Positions 35,698 to 45,037 of a stretch of 64,000 nucleotides of DNA are shown in pieces. Positions within the stretch are counted from its first letter, which is position 1. The number at the start of each line of letters is the position of its first letter. Source of the stretch: an uncultured Candidatus Binatia bacterium (lineage in GTDB: Bacteria > Desulfobacterota > Binatia > UBA9968 > JAJDTQ01); the NCBI GenBank assembly GCA_965213675.1, contig OZ243916.1, positions 96,001 through 160,000 on the forward strand, given 5' to 3'. A program made the translations under genes and the position numbers. Below the pieces are notes generated by a model that worked only from the letters and a program-made list of their open reading frames with translations, was not told the origin of the DNA and ran no database searches.

Positions 35698-36681
35698 CTA
35701 CTCCTTCCAGAGACCGGCTTCCTTCCAGTAGCGCACGGCCCCCGGATGATAGGGAACGCCGATCTGGGTGGTCAGGACCGCAGGGTTGAGTTGGGCGTAC
35801 TTGAAGTAGCGCACGTCCTCCGCCAACTTGCCCAGGTTTTGGTGAATCATCTTGATGACGTTGTAGACCAGTTCCTCGTCAGCGTCCGCCCGGACGGTGA
35901 GCAGGGGGCCGCCGATGTCGAACGTCTCGACCGCCTTGTCGAAGGTGGGCGTGTTGGCGGGAATGGTCTGCCGCGTCATGTACGGAAACTGCTCGACCAT
36001 CTTGTCGACGGCCTGGGGCTCCGGCGCCAGATACCGCGCGCCCTTTTCGGCGTGCAGGCGCAGGGCCGCGGGGATCGGGCTCAGCCCGGAAACCATGGTC
36101 GGCATGGCCACGATGTTGCCGTCGCCGAGTTGCGTGTAGAGGTCGCTCATGCCCGCGTACACGGGCTTGAAGTCCTCCTTGTAGGTCAGGCCGTGAGCCT
36201 TCATCAACGGGACCATGAAGGCGTCCCAGGTGCGGCCGGTGCCCACGCCCACGCGATGTCCCTTGAGGTCGGCGAACGAGTTGATGGGGCTGCCGGGCAG
36301 GGTGTGAAGCGTGAAGGCGTTGGGGTAAAGGCCCATGACCAGGGCCAGGGGATGCTTTTTCTTGAACGTCAGGACTCCGTGGTACGCCGGGTACGAGTTG
36401 TTGGACGCGATGACGCCCATGAAGATCTGTTTGCGGTCGATCAGGCGCACGTTCTCGCGCGAGCCTTCGGTCACCGCCGCGGTTACCGGGATCTTCATCT
36501 GATCTTCCAGCAGCTTGGCGACGCCCCCCGCCACCACGTAGAACGCGCCGCCGATGCTGGCGCCGCCGATCTCGAGGCTGGACGGCATCTCCGCCGCGGT
36601 TGCCCGCTGGGGGCCGGATGCCCACGCCATGGCCGCCACGGCCACCGCTGCGAGCAGCGTCTTGAATCTCGGACTCTTCAT
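35698..36681 (-). CDS. TAXI family TRAP solute-binding protein
   Basis: Signal peptide; GGAFY, TEGSRENV, DLKGHRV, VPYHPGAVRYWKEAG. Confidence 0.93.
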   Translation of the reverse strand: MKSPRFKTLLAAVAVAAMAWASGPQRATAAEMPSSLEIGGASIGGAFYVVAGGVAKLLEDQMKIPVTAAVTEGSRENVRLIDRKQIFMGVIASNNSYPAYHGVLTFKKKHPLALVMGLYPNAFTLHTLPGSPINSFADLKGHRVGVGTGRTWDAFMVPLMKAHGLTYKEDFKPVYAGMSDLYTQLGDGNIVAMPTMVSGLSPIPAALRLHAEKGARYLAPEPQAVDKMVEQFPYMTRQTIPANTPTFDKAVETFDIGGPLLTVRADADEELVYNVIKMIHQNLGKLAEDVRYFKYAQLNPAVLTTQIGVPYHPGAVRYWKEAGLWKE

Positions 36682-36818
36682 GCAAAACCTCCTTCTGGGT
36701 AGAAGTTACGACGCGCCGCCATGGATATGCGGCCGGACGAATTGGCGTAAAATAGGATGGATCGGGGTGCCGGTCAAGCCAAAAGAAACGCTCGTGTCGC
36801 GGCTGCGTTCGGAGGAAA

Positions 36819-37616
36819 TTACTGGAACGGCCCACCGCGGTAACCCAGCACCACGATCTCGGTCTTGCGCGGCAGCGCCGCCTTGCTGAGGGGTAGGGAT
36901 CCGTGGGGCACGGTGCGCATGGGGAAGCCTTCGGTGAAGATGCGCACGCGCTCGAGATCGTCGCGGTAGTGCATGGGGATCGCGATCTTCGGTTCGAGTT
37001 GTTCCACCACGCTACGGGCGGTCCAGGGTCCCATGGTGGTGCGCCCGCCGATGGGCACCAGCGCCACGTCCACCTTGCCGAACTGCTGCAGTTGCTTGTC
37101 CGTGAGCCGGTGGGCCAGGTCTCCCAGGTGCGCCACGCACAGCCGGCCGAGATCGTACACAAAGGCCGCGCCCTTGAAGAGGTCGCCGTTGGGCCGGCTG
37201 ACGTAGATGGGCACACTGGAGATGCGCACGTCCTTGACCGTGGCGCGCACCTGGTTCCATTCGTATGCGACCGGGGTTTCCCGAAGGCCTCGGAGAATCA
37301 GCGGCCGGCCGCGCACGATGGGGATCCAGTTGTGGTTCTCGTGCTCCCTGCCGATGGTGACGGCGTCCGCGGACACGTCCGGCGTGGGGTACCAGCCCGG
37401 CGCGAGCGGATCCATGACGATGCGCGTGCCCCGATGGGTGACGAGTTGAAAAAAGCTGTGGCCGAAGTAGTTCAAGGTGGCGTCGGGCGCGGCGGCATAC
37501 GCGGGCCGGAAGAAGCGGCTCGCGAAGCTCTCCTCCTTGCAGGCGGCGAACAGCGCGCCGTGGCAGAACACGAGGAAAACGGTGGCGATGATCGCGGCAC
37601 GGCGCGCTGTACGCAT
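36819..37616 (-). CDS. Exported metallo-beta-lactamase-fold protein (lactamase_B_3/UlaG-like)
   Basis: YFGHSFF, IVMDP, HLGD, DVALVPIGG, PKIAIPMHY; N-terminal signal. Confidence 0.85.
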   Translation of the reverse strand: MRTARRAAIIATVFLVFCHGALFAACKEESFASRFFRPAYAAAPDATLNYFGHSFFQLVTHRGTRIVMDPLAPGWYPTPDVSADAVTIGREHENHNWIPIVRGRPLILRGLRETPVAYEWNQVRATVKDVRISSVPIYVSRPNGDLFKGAAFVYDLGRLCVAHLGDLAHRLTDKQLQQFGKVDVALVPIGGRTTMGPWTARSVVEQLEPKIAIPMHYRDDLERVRIFTEGFPMRTVPHGSLPLSKAALPRKTEIVVLGYRGGPFQ

Positions 37617-37830
37617 CTCCCCAACCTTTCCGACAAGACCGACGCCGGCGTTGTGAACCGGAATTCCGGGAAAAGGCACGGAACCGCAGCCATCTTCGCC
37701 CAAGGTTTTTCGTTTGACAAGCTCACGGTCCCTGCCATAGAAGGGGCGTTGAGCGTAGCCAAAGGCAGGTGCCCGCCCATGCGCGCGCCGAGCTCCCACA
37801 GGAGTCAAACCCGAAAAGGAGGACATCCTT

Positions 37831-38865
37831 ATGAAGGCATTATACCTGACCGTCGCGCTTCTCTTCCTGACCGCATCCGCGGCGTGGGGCCAGAGCGAAA
37901 TGGTCAAGAAGCTGGCCAACTACAAGGGAGCGGATTACCACCAGATGCTGGAGGCGGGCGCCAAGAAAGAAGGCAAGGTGGTGTGGTACACGTCGCTGAG
38001 CGGCAAGTCCTACAAGACCATCCAGTCGGGCTTTGCCAAGAAATACCCGGACGTGAAGATTGAGGTCTACCGCGCGGGCAGCAAGGATATCGCCGCCAAG
38101 ATCCTCGCCGAGCACAAGGCCGGCAAATACCTCGTGGACGCCATCGAGAGCACGCCGGGGATCCTGCAGTTGCTCCGTGAGCGGAACATCATCACTCCCT
38201 ACAGCAGCCCGGAGCACAAGAGATGGCCGGATGAACACCAGACCAAGGCCAGTAGCGGCGGGGTTTGGTGGGTCACCGACCGCGAATCTTTCATCGGCCT
38301 CGGATACAACACCGACAAGATGCCCAAGGACAAGGCGCCCAAGAGCTTCGACGACCTCCTGGACCCTTCTCTCAAGGGCAAGATCGTCATGAGCGTGCAG
38401 AGCACCGGCGACCGGATGCTGTCGAGCATGATCAAGGTCAAGGGCGAGGAATACGTCGAGCAGCTCAAGAAGCAGCAGGTCAAGCTCGTGAAGATCTCGG
38501 GTACGGCCACTCGCGACCTGATCATCTCGGGCGAGTTCGTGGTGTCGCCTTCCGTGTTCCGCAATCACGCCCTCGTGAAGATCGCCGAGGGCGCCCCCAT
38601 CGGTTGGAACGCGTTGGACGAAGTTCCGACCAACGCCGGCGGCTCCGCGATTTTCGCGAATTCGCCGCACCCTCATGCCGCGTTGCTTCTTACCAACTTC
38701 GTCCTGACCGAGGGACAGCAGATCCTGCAGAAGTTCCACTACGGCATGGCGTGGCTGGACTATCCGTTCAAGCGGGTGTACCCCGAACGGGGAATGAGCT
38801 CGAAGGACTACAACAGGGTCTCCAAGAAGCTCAACAAGCAGTTGCGTTCCATCGGCCGCCGCTGA
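37831..38865 (+). CDS. ABC substrate-binding protein (Fe(III)/extracellular solute-binding family)
   Basis: AGGAGG SD, signal peptide, AKKEGKVVWYTS, DLLDPSLKGKI, PHPHAALL. Confidence 0.9.
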   Translation: MKALYLTVALLFLTASAAWGQSEMVKKLANYKGADYHQMLEAGAKKEGKVVWYTSLSGKSYKTIQSGFAKKYPDVKIEVYRAGSKDIAAKILAEHKAGKYLVDAIESTPGILQLLRERNIITPYSSPEHKRWPDEHQTKASSGGVWWVTDRESFIGLGYNTDKMPKDKAPKSFDDLLDPSLKGKIVMSVQSTGDRMLSSMIKVKGEEYVEQLKKQQVKLVKISGTATRDLIISGEFVVSPSVFRNHALVKIAEGAPIGWNALDEVPTNAGGSAIFANSPHPHAALLLTNFVLTEGQQILQKFHYGMAWLDYPFKRVYPERGMSSKDYNRVSKKLNKQLRSIGRR

Positions 38866-39004
38866 TGGACTTTACCGGCCACCTTCCCTTGGCGTTCCGT
38901 GCGGATCACCGCGGCGCCCCGGGGCAGCGACCCCGCCCCCGGGCGCCCGGTGAGTGCACGCCACGGCCGTGCACGGGCCAGAGTATCACCAGGAAACTCC
39001 GACG

Positions 39005-40780
39005 TTGAGCAAAGACGAAGCAGCGCTCAGGGAACCCGGTTTCGCCAGCGGCCGCGCCTGGGCATTTCTCGACATCTTCCGTCCCAGCAGGCAGGGCCGC
39101 GACTTCCCGTTGTGGTTGTTCATACCCTGTGCGCTGGTGCTCCTGTATCTCGTCATCCCGCCGCTGGTTTTCATCATCTATTCGAGTTTCGTTCCTTCGG
39201 AAGACTCGGACATCGTCGGCCTCACGATTCAGAATTATTTCGATATCTTCGAGGGTCTGGATGAGTTCCGGGGTTTGGTCTGGAACTCCGTCGTGTTTTC
39301 CGTGGGCAGCGCTGGCTGGGCGCTGGTCTTCGGCACGGCCATGGCCTGGCTGGCGGAGCGCAGCAATGCGCCGTTCCGCGCGGTGGCCTACCTGGCGGCT
39401 TTCGTGTCGTTCGCCGTCCCGGGCCTGGTCAAGGTCATCGGCTGGATTCTGCTGCTGGGGCCGGAGGCGGGCTTCCTCAACATCGCCGTGAATTCCGTCA
39501 CCGGAATCATGCCCATCTTCAACTTGTTCTCCATGAGCGGCATGATCCTGGTGGAGGGATTTCTCTGGACCCCCATCGTGTTTCTGCTCATGGCGACGCC
39601 GTTCCGGTCCATGGATCCGTCGCTGGAGGAAGCCGCGGTGGTGGCGGGCAGCAGCGACTGGCAGGTGTTCTGGAAGGTGACCCTGCCCATGGCCATGCCC
39701 AGTCTTCTCTCCGTGCTGATCCTCACCTTCATCCGCAGCATGGAGGCCTTCGAGATTCCCGCGCTGGTGGGTCTTCCCGCGGGCATCGAGGTCATGACCA
39801 CCCAGATCTACCTCCAGTTGATCGAGGGGTTCGTGCCCGAGTACGGCTATGCCAGCGCCTACTCCGTGCTGCTCATCGCCTTGGTGGCCCTGTGCCTGGT
39901 TCCCTACTATCGCGTTACCCAGCACGCGCACCGGTTCACGACCATCACCGGCAAGGGGTTCCAGCCCCGGCGCAAGGATCTGGGACGTTGGCGCTGGTTG
40001 GGTGGACTGGCTTTGCTGGGCCTGCCGATGCTCCAGCTCCTCCCGCTTACCGCGCTCATCTGGTCGAGCTTCATGCCCTACCTCGTCGTGCCCTCCTGGG
40101 ACGCGCTCTCCATGTTCACCCTGAACAACTACGTGGAAGCGTTCAGCGACGACAAGATACTGCGTTCCATCACCAACAACGTCACCATCAGCATGGTGTC
40201 CGCCACCGCGTGCGTGGGCGTCGCCTTCGTCACGGCCTGGCTGGTGACGCGGACCAACATCAAGATGCGCTGGAGCCTGGACCGCCTCACCATGGTGCCG
40301 CTGGTCTTCCCGGGCATCGTCATGGGCGTGGCCGTGCTGCAGACCTACCTCGTGGTGCCCATTCCCGTGTACGGCACCATCTGGATCATGGTCATCGCCT
40401 TTTCGGCGCGCTATCTTCCCTACGCCATGCGCTTCAGCCACGCCGGACTCATCGGCATCCACAAGGAGCTGGAGGAAAGCGCCACCGCCAGCGGCGCGAG
40501 CTGGGGCAACGTGGCCCGGCGGATCATGGTGCCGCTGATGATGCCGGCCCTGTTCGCCGGGTGGATCTACATCTTCCTCATCACCATCCGGGAGCTGTCC
40601 GTGGCGCTGTTGCTCTACAGCCCCGGTTCCGAAGTGATCTCGGTGGTCATCTGGGAGCTCTGGGACAACGGCCACATCGGGAGTCTGTCGGCCTTCGCTC
40701 TGGGCATCAGTGTAGGCACGGTTGTCCTCGCCAGCCTCTTCTACAAGCTCAGCCGGCGCCACGGCCTGGACGTCCGTTAG
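39005..40780 (+). CDS. Fe(III)-type ABC transporter permease
   Basis: Two EAA-type loops (SLEEAA, ELEESA), AFEIP, many TMs; start uncertain. Confidence 0.9.
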   Translation: MSKDEAALREPGFASGRAWAFLDIFRPSRQGRDFPLWLFIPCALVLLYLVIPPLVFIIYSSFVPSEDSDIVGLTIQNYFDIFEGLDEFRGLVWNSVVFSVGSAGWALVFGTAMAWLAERSNAPFRAVAYLAAFVSFAVPGLVKVIGWILLLGPEAGFLNIAVNSVTGIMPIFNLFSMSGMILVEGFLWTPIVFLLMATPFRSMDPSLEEAAVVAGSSDWQVFWKVTLPMAMPSLLSVLILTFIRSMEAFEIPALVGLPAGIEVMTTQIYLQLIEGFVPEYGYASAYSVLLIALVALCLVPYYRVTQHAHRFTTITGKGFQPRRKDLGRWRWLGGLALLGLPMLQLLPLTALIWSSFMPYLVVPSWDALSMFTLNNYVEAFSDDKILRSITNNVTISMVSATACVGVAFVTAWLVTRTNIKMRWSLDRLTMVPLVFPGIVMGVAVLQTYLVVPIPVYGTIWIMVIAFSARYLPYAMRFSHAGLIGIHKELEESATASGASWGNVARRIMVPLMMPALFAGWIYIFLITIRELSVALLLYSPGSEVISVVIWELWDNGHIGSLSAFALGISVGTVVLASLFYKLSRRHGLDVR

Positions 40781-40938
40781 TGTCGTGTCCCGCAAATTAC
40801 TGCGATAATTTGCGGGTCTGTTTCGCCGTCGGCTGCGTGGCTCTTCCTCGCGTGGTGCCCGGCACTGCTTGTCATCGCGCCTTGCCGGCAACAAAAAACC
40901 TGCGCAACTTGTCGCAGGAATTTACGGGACACGACACC
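40778..40938 (+). repeat. Palindromic repeat family A, copy 1 (MITE/REPIN-like, about 160 bp)
   Basis: 35-bp terminal IR GTGTCGTGTCCCGCAAATTACTGCGATAATTTGCG (4 mismatches); core closely similar to the 50657 copy. Confidence 0.85.
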
Positions 40939-41008
40939 AGGAGCTTGCGCCGAAGGGACGGATGAGAGCGAAGTTTCGCTTTCGCGAATTCCTGCCGCAC
41001 AAGCTCCA
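40938..41008 (+). repeat. Internally deleted copy of repeat family B
   Basis: CAGGAGCTTGCGCC joined to GAAGGGACGGATGAGAGCG...GAATTCCTGCCGCACAAGCTCC, matching both ends of 55984-56148. Confidence 0.75.
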
Positions 41009-41092
41009 TTGCGGGGATTTTCCCTGCAGGGCATAGGGTGCTGCGTTTGCCGGCCCTGTTCAAGATTGTCTCAATCGCCCGAGGAAGCCGCC

Positions 41093-42109
41093 ATGACCAC
41101 ACGGATCGCCATCAACGGATTTGGCCGCATCGGCCGTCTCAGCTTGCGCGCCATGCTGCAAAGACACCGGGAGAGTCTCTCCGTCGTCGCCATCAACGAC
41201 ATCGCGGACCTGGAAGTGGGCGCGCACCTGCTCAAGTACGACACGAACTATGGCATGTTCCCCGGCGCGGTAACGGTGGGCGAGGGCGTGATGGAGGTGG
41301 ACGGCGGCGCCATCCGCGTCACCCGTGAACTCGACCCGTCCCGTCTCCCCTGGAAGAAGCTGGGGGTGGACGTGGTCATCGAGTCCACCGGGGCCTTCAC
41401 CGACGCCGGCGCGGCATCGGCCCACCTTCAGGCCGGGGCGCGGAGCGCGGTGATCACGGCGCCCTCCGCCAACGCGGACATGACCGTCGTCATGGGTGTC
41501 AACGATTCCCGGTACGATCCCGGCAAACATCGCATCGTCTCCAACGCGTCCTGCACCACCAACTGTCTGGCGCCGGTGGCGAAAGTGCTCCACGACCGCT
41601 TCGGCATCGAAAGAGGCATGATGACCACGACCCATGCCTACACCGGCGACCAGCGCATCCTGGACGTGGCGCACAAGGACCTCCGGCGCGCCCGGGCCGC
41701 GGCCATGAACATCGTGCCCACCACGACCGGAGCCGCCCGCGCCATCGCGCGCGTCATTCCCGAACTCGAAGGCAAGCTGCGCGGAATGGCGCTGCGTGTG
41801 CCCACCGCCACCGTTTCGGTGGTGGACCTCGTGGCCGACCTCAAGCGACCAGGCACAGCGGACGACGTCAACGCCGCCCTGGCCGAAGCCGCACAAGGGT
41901 CCATGAACGGTATACTGGATTACTGCGACGAGCCGCTGGTCTCGAGCGACTTCAAGGGGAGTGCGGCATCTTCCATCGTCGACGGACTGTCCACCGTCGC
42001 CGTGGACGAGAGCATGGTGAAGGTTCTGTCATGGTACGACAACGAATGGGGCTACAGTTGCCGTGTGGCGGACCTCGTCGCCATGATGGCCGAGAGAGCG
42101 GCGGCGTGA
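41093..42109 (+). CDS. gap: Glyceraldehyde-3-phosphate dehydrogenase (type I)
   Basis: INGFGRIGR, SNASCTTNCL, PTTTGAA, WYDNEWGYS. Confidence 0.97.
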   Translation: MTTRIAINGFGRIGRLSLRAMLQRHRESLSVVAINDIADLEVGAHLLKYDTNYGMFPGAVTVGEGVMEVDGGAIRVTRELDPSRLPWKKLGVDVVIESTGAFTDAGAASAHLQAGARSAVITAPSANADMTVVMGVNDSRYDPGKHRIVSNASCTTNCLAPVAKVLHDRFGIERGMMTTTHAYTGDQRILDVAHKDLRRARAAAMNIVPTTTGAARAIARVIPELEGKLRGMALRVPTATVSVVDLVADLKRPGTADDVNAALAEAAQGSMNGILDYCDEPLVSSDFKGSAASSIVDGLSTVAVDESMVKVLSWYDNEWGYSCRVADLVAMMAERAAA

Positions 42110-42142
42110 CAGCCTCGCATGCCCACGAGAACCACGCCGTCC

Positions 42143-42244
42143 GAAGAACTCGCCCTCCTCGACGCCTTGCGTGACGCCACCCAACGCGGCCACTTCATTG
42201 CCGCCGACGCTGAAGATCTTTTGAAGTTCCTTGACCTGGAGCAT
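42143..42244 (-). pseudogene. N-terminal remnant of an ABC ATPase
   Basis: MLQVKELQKIFSVGGNEVAALGGVTQGVEEGEFF, then similarity is lost just before the expected Walker A. Confidence 0.6.
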
Positions 42245-42264
42245 GTGGGCATCCGGTTGGCCGC

Positions 42265-43098
42265 CTATCCGATGGGATGGCGTGTCAGGAAGTCCTCCAA
42301 CGCGGCGATGGCGCCGGCGCCGTCCCAGAAGGTCATGTGGCGCACGCCCGCAATGAGGGCCAATTCGGCTCCGGGTATGGCCTGTCCGAGGCGCCGGGCG
42401 GTGTCCACTGGCGTGCTGCCCTGCCGTTCCACCTTGTCATCCTCGCCGCACAGCACCAGGGTGGGCGCCCCGACCCGTGGCGCCATGGCCAGTGCGTCCC
42501 AGGTGAGGCGCGCGTACTCGTGGCGGCGGAACATTTCGACGGTGGACTGTCCGGACCACAGAGCATCGGCGAGCGCGGCGGCCGCCGCGCGGTTGGCGTG
42601 ATAGAAGGTGGGGTTGAAGGCCATGCCGTCATTGTCCACGTGGGACTTGATGTAGTGCTCGAATCCCAGTTCCTGAATCCGGGCGTGGGTTCTCGGAGAC
42701 ACTTCCCGCGGAGCGCCGCTCAGATTGCGGGCGCCCGGGCCGGTGGCGGCCATGGTGAGGCTGGCCACCAGGTCCGGGCGCTCGATGGCCAAGGCCTGAA
42801 GGATTTGACCCCCGATGGCGAAACCCACCACGTGGCAGCGCGTGATCCCGAGATGCGCCAGCAACGCGGCGCAGTCGCCGGCGAACCGGCTCACGGTGTA
42901 GCCGTCCGCGGGTGCGCTGCTGCGGCCGGTGCCGCGGCAGTCCATGATGATCGTTTCCCAGCGCCGGCTCAGGGCTGGCACCACCTGAAGCTTCCAGGGA
43001 TCCAACGGCCACCAGGATGCCGGAACGAGCAGTACGGGCTCACCCGATCCCGCCCTTTCGTAGAAAATGTCCACTCCCTCCAGCTTCGCTGTCGGCAT
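42265..43098 (-). CDS. Alpha/beta-hydrolase fold protein
   Basis: YERAGSGEP, DCRGTGRS, HVVGFAIGG, PTLVLCGEDD, GVRH. Confidence 0.9.
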   Translation of the reverse strand: MPTAKLEGVDIFYERAGSGEPVLLVPASWWPLDPWKLQVVPALSRRWETIIMDCRGTGRSSAPADGYTVSRFAGDCAALLAHLGITRCHVVGFAIGGQILQALAIERPDLVASLTMAATGPGARNLSGAPREVSPRTHARIQELGFEHYIKSHVDNDGMAFNPTFYHANRAAAAALADALWSGQSTVEMFRRHEYARLTWDALAMAPRVGAPTLVLCGEDDKVERQGSTPVDTARRLGQAIPGAELALIAGVRHMTFWDGAGAIAALEDFLTRHPIG

Positions 43099-43303
43099 GT
43101 CGATCTCCGCTTGTTCGTTTGGCGGATACAGCAGGGTCGGACGGGACACGGACGACGCCTAACGCCAACGTGACCCCACGTTCGTTTCGCTGCCGACGAT
43201 AGGACACGCAACGCGCTTGTGCAACCCCGACGTCCAGTCCTCAAGGGTCGCAAAACGCGGTTCCGGGCGCACGGAAAGCAGCGGCGGGGGCGGCTCCGTT
43301 GCC

Positions 43304-44578
43304 CTACTCCGGGGGTGGAACAGGCGCTTGCGCGTCGGAGCGCAGCAACTCCAGGAACTTCCGCCGTGGAAACCCGTCGGCGCGCTGTCCCTTGCTCGCC
43401 TGATAGTGTCGAACGGCCGCGCGCGTCTTCGGACCAATGATGCCGTCGATCTCGCCGATGGCGTATCCCCGCGCCGCCAGCAGGCGCTGCAGTTCGACGC
43501 GCTCGGCTTCGGCGATGGGGGCGATGCCGTCAGGCCATACGAGGACGTTTTCCTGGCCACGCAACCGTTCGGAGAGATGCCCCACCGCGAGGGCGTACTT
43601 GTGAGCCGGGTTGTAGCGCATGATCGCGCGGAAATTCGCGCGCAACAGGAAGGCAGGTCCCTCGATGCCCGCGGGAAGGTCGAGGAACGCCGGCTCCGTG
43701 GGACGAGTGAACGCGTTGCCGTCGGTCCGCCGAACCCCCAGTTGCTCCCAGTCCCGGATGCTCCGCTCCCCCTTGCGGCCGGCGAGTCCGGCGTCGAACC
43801 CCTTCGGGAGGACGACCCTGTCGCCCCAAGGCCTTTGCGGCGCCCACCCGTTGCGGCGCAGATAGTTGGCGGCGGATGCGAGCGCGTCCCGCGGCTCGTC
43901 CCAGATGTCGCGCCGGCCGTCACCGGTGAAGTCCACCGCGTAGGCCAGGTAGCTCGTGGGAATGAACTGCACGTGGCCCATGGCGCCTGCCCACGAGCCG
44001 TTCATGCGCTCCAGCGCGATGTCGCCGGCCTTGAGAATATTCAGGGCCGCCAGCAATTGGTTGCGTCCGAACTTCGCCCGGCGTCCCTGGTAGGCCAGGG
44101 TCGAGAGGGATCGGATGACGTTACGCTTGCCCTGCAACTTGCCGTACAGCGTCTCCATGCCCCAGATGGCGGCCAGCACGTGGCGATCCACCCCGTAGCG
44201 CTCCTCAATGCGTCTCAGGTCGGCGGCGTGTTCCGAAAGCTTGACGCGCCCGTCGCGCACGCGCGTATCGGTGACTACCAGGGCTACGTACTGGGAGGCG
44301 GGCAATATGAACTCCGGTTGCCGGTTGTTCCTTTCGATGACTTCCGGGTCAGGGGTGAGGCCGCGAAACGCGCGGTCATAGAGTGCTTCCGGAATGCCGC
44401 GCCCCAACGCCGCCGAGCGGAATTCGCGCACGAAGGACGCATAGGCGGCGTGGTCGGAGGTGAGCGGCTGGCCTGGGGAAGTGGACGGCGCCACGAAAGC
44501 GGCGATGATCGCGGAAGCGAAGATCGCCAGCACCGGAGCCCGGCGGCGAAAGTTCTTTACGGTGGTGCGTCCTTTCAT
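43304..44578 (-). CDS. Lytic murein transglycosylase (MltB/SLT_2) with C-terminal peptidoglycan-binding domain
   Basis: QPEF, AIWGMET, GSWAGAMGHVQFIP, DFTGDGRRD, DGIIGPKTR. Confidence 0.93.
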   Translation of the reverse strand: MKGRTTVKNFRRRAPVLAIFASAIIAAFVAPSTSPGQPLTSDHAAYASFVREFRSAALGRGIPEALYDRAFRGLTPDPEVIERNNRQPEFILPASQYVALVVTDTRVRDGRVKLSEHAADLRRIEERYGVDRHVLAAIWGMETLYGKLQGKRNVIRSLSTLAYQGRRAKFGRNQLLAALNILKAGDIALERMNGSWAGAMGHVQFIPTSYLAYAVDFTGDGRRDIWDEPRDALASAANYLRRNGWAPQRPWGDRVVLPKGFDAGLAGRKGERSIRDWEQLGVRRTDGNAFTRPTEPAFLDLPAGIEGPAFLLRANFRAIMRYNPAHKYALAVGHLSERLRGQENVLVWPDGIAPIAEAERVELQRLLAARGYAIGEIDGIIGPKTRAAVRHYQASKGQRADGFPRRKFLELLRSDAQAPVPPPE

Positions 44579-44602
44579 GAAGTATACGGGTCCTTCCGCA
44601 GC

Positions 44603-44833
44603 CTACGTGAACAGTTTTACGATGATGGCGATGAGTCCCGCAAGTATGGTCAGGGCCCCCAAAGCCATTTTGCTCTCGAGCTTGGAAATGTCCGCCTTTG
44701 TGGCCAGGTGCGGAAGAGTCGATTCAAAGGCCGTCTCCAGCCGGGTGATGTCCGTCTTGGTGGCCAAGTGCGGAAGAGTCGATTCGAAGCCTGCCTCCAG
44801 CCGCGTGATGCGTTCTTCCGTTCCGTTCGCCAT
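44603..44833 (-). CDS. 76-aa coiled-coil protein with C-terminal TM (DUF1640/CCDC90-like) and a 20-aa tandem duplication
   Basis: GGAGG SD; ITRLExxFESTLPHLATK twice, LATKADI motif, hydrophobic tail. Confidence 0.75.
   Translation of the reverse strand: MANGTEERITRLEAGFESTLPHLATKTDITRLETAFESTLPHLATKADISKLESKMALGALTILAGLIAIIVKLFT
44688..44810. repeat. 60-bp tandem duplication inside small coiled-coil gene
   Basis: TGGCCARGTGCGGAAGAGTCGATTCRAAG...CTCCAGCCGSGTGATG at 44701 and 44761. Confidence 0.85.
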
Positions 44834-45037
44834 GATTGCCAACCTCCCGTTATCCAACCCTGCCGCCATCTTGACCGCGGCCGCCATGAAAATCAACGGT
44901 TTTGAACATGGGTCCACCCCAAGAGCCTTCGCGGTAGTTTGCCCAACGAATCCCTGCTGACTATATTTGGAAGCGCGTTGCTTCCCAGCTCCGCGCACAC
45001 ATGCCTTCAGCGACATCACACGAGAGGAGAATGCACC

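Noticed and set aside
44603-44833. Repeat-containing small ORF as the MNIO precursor
   Set aside because: No Cys, has a C-terminal TM and a LATKADI coiled-coil signature, and is separated from the operon by an opposite-strand gene
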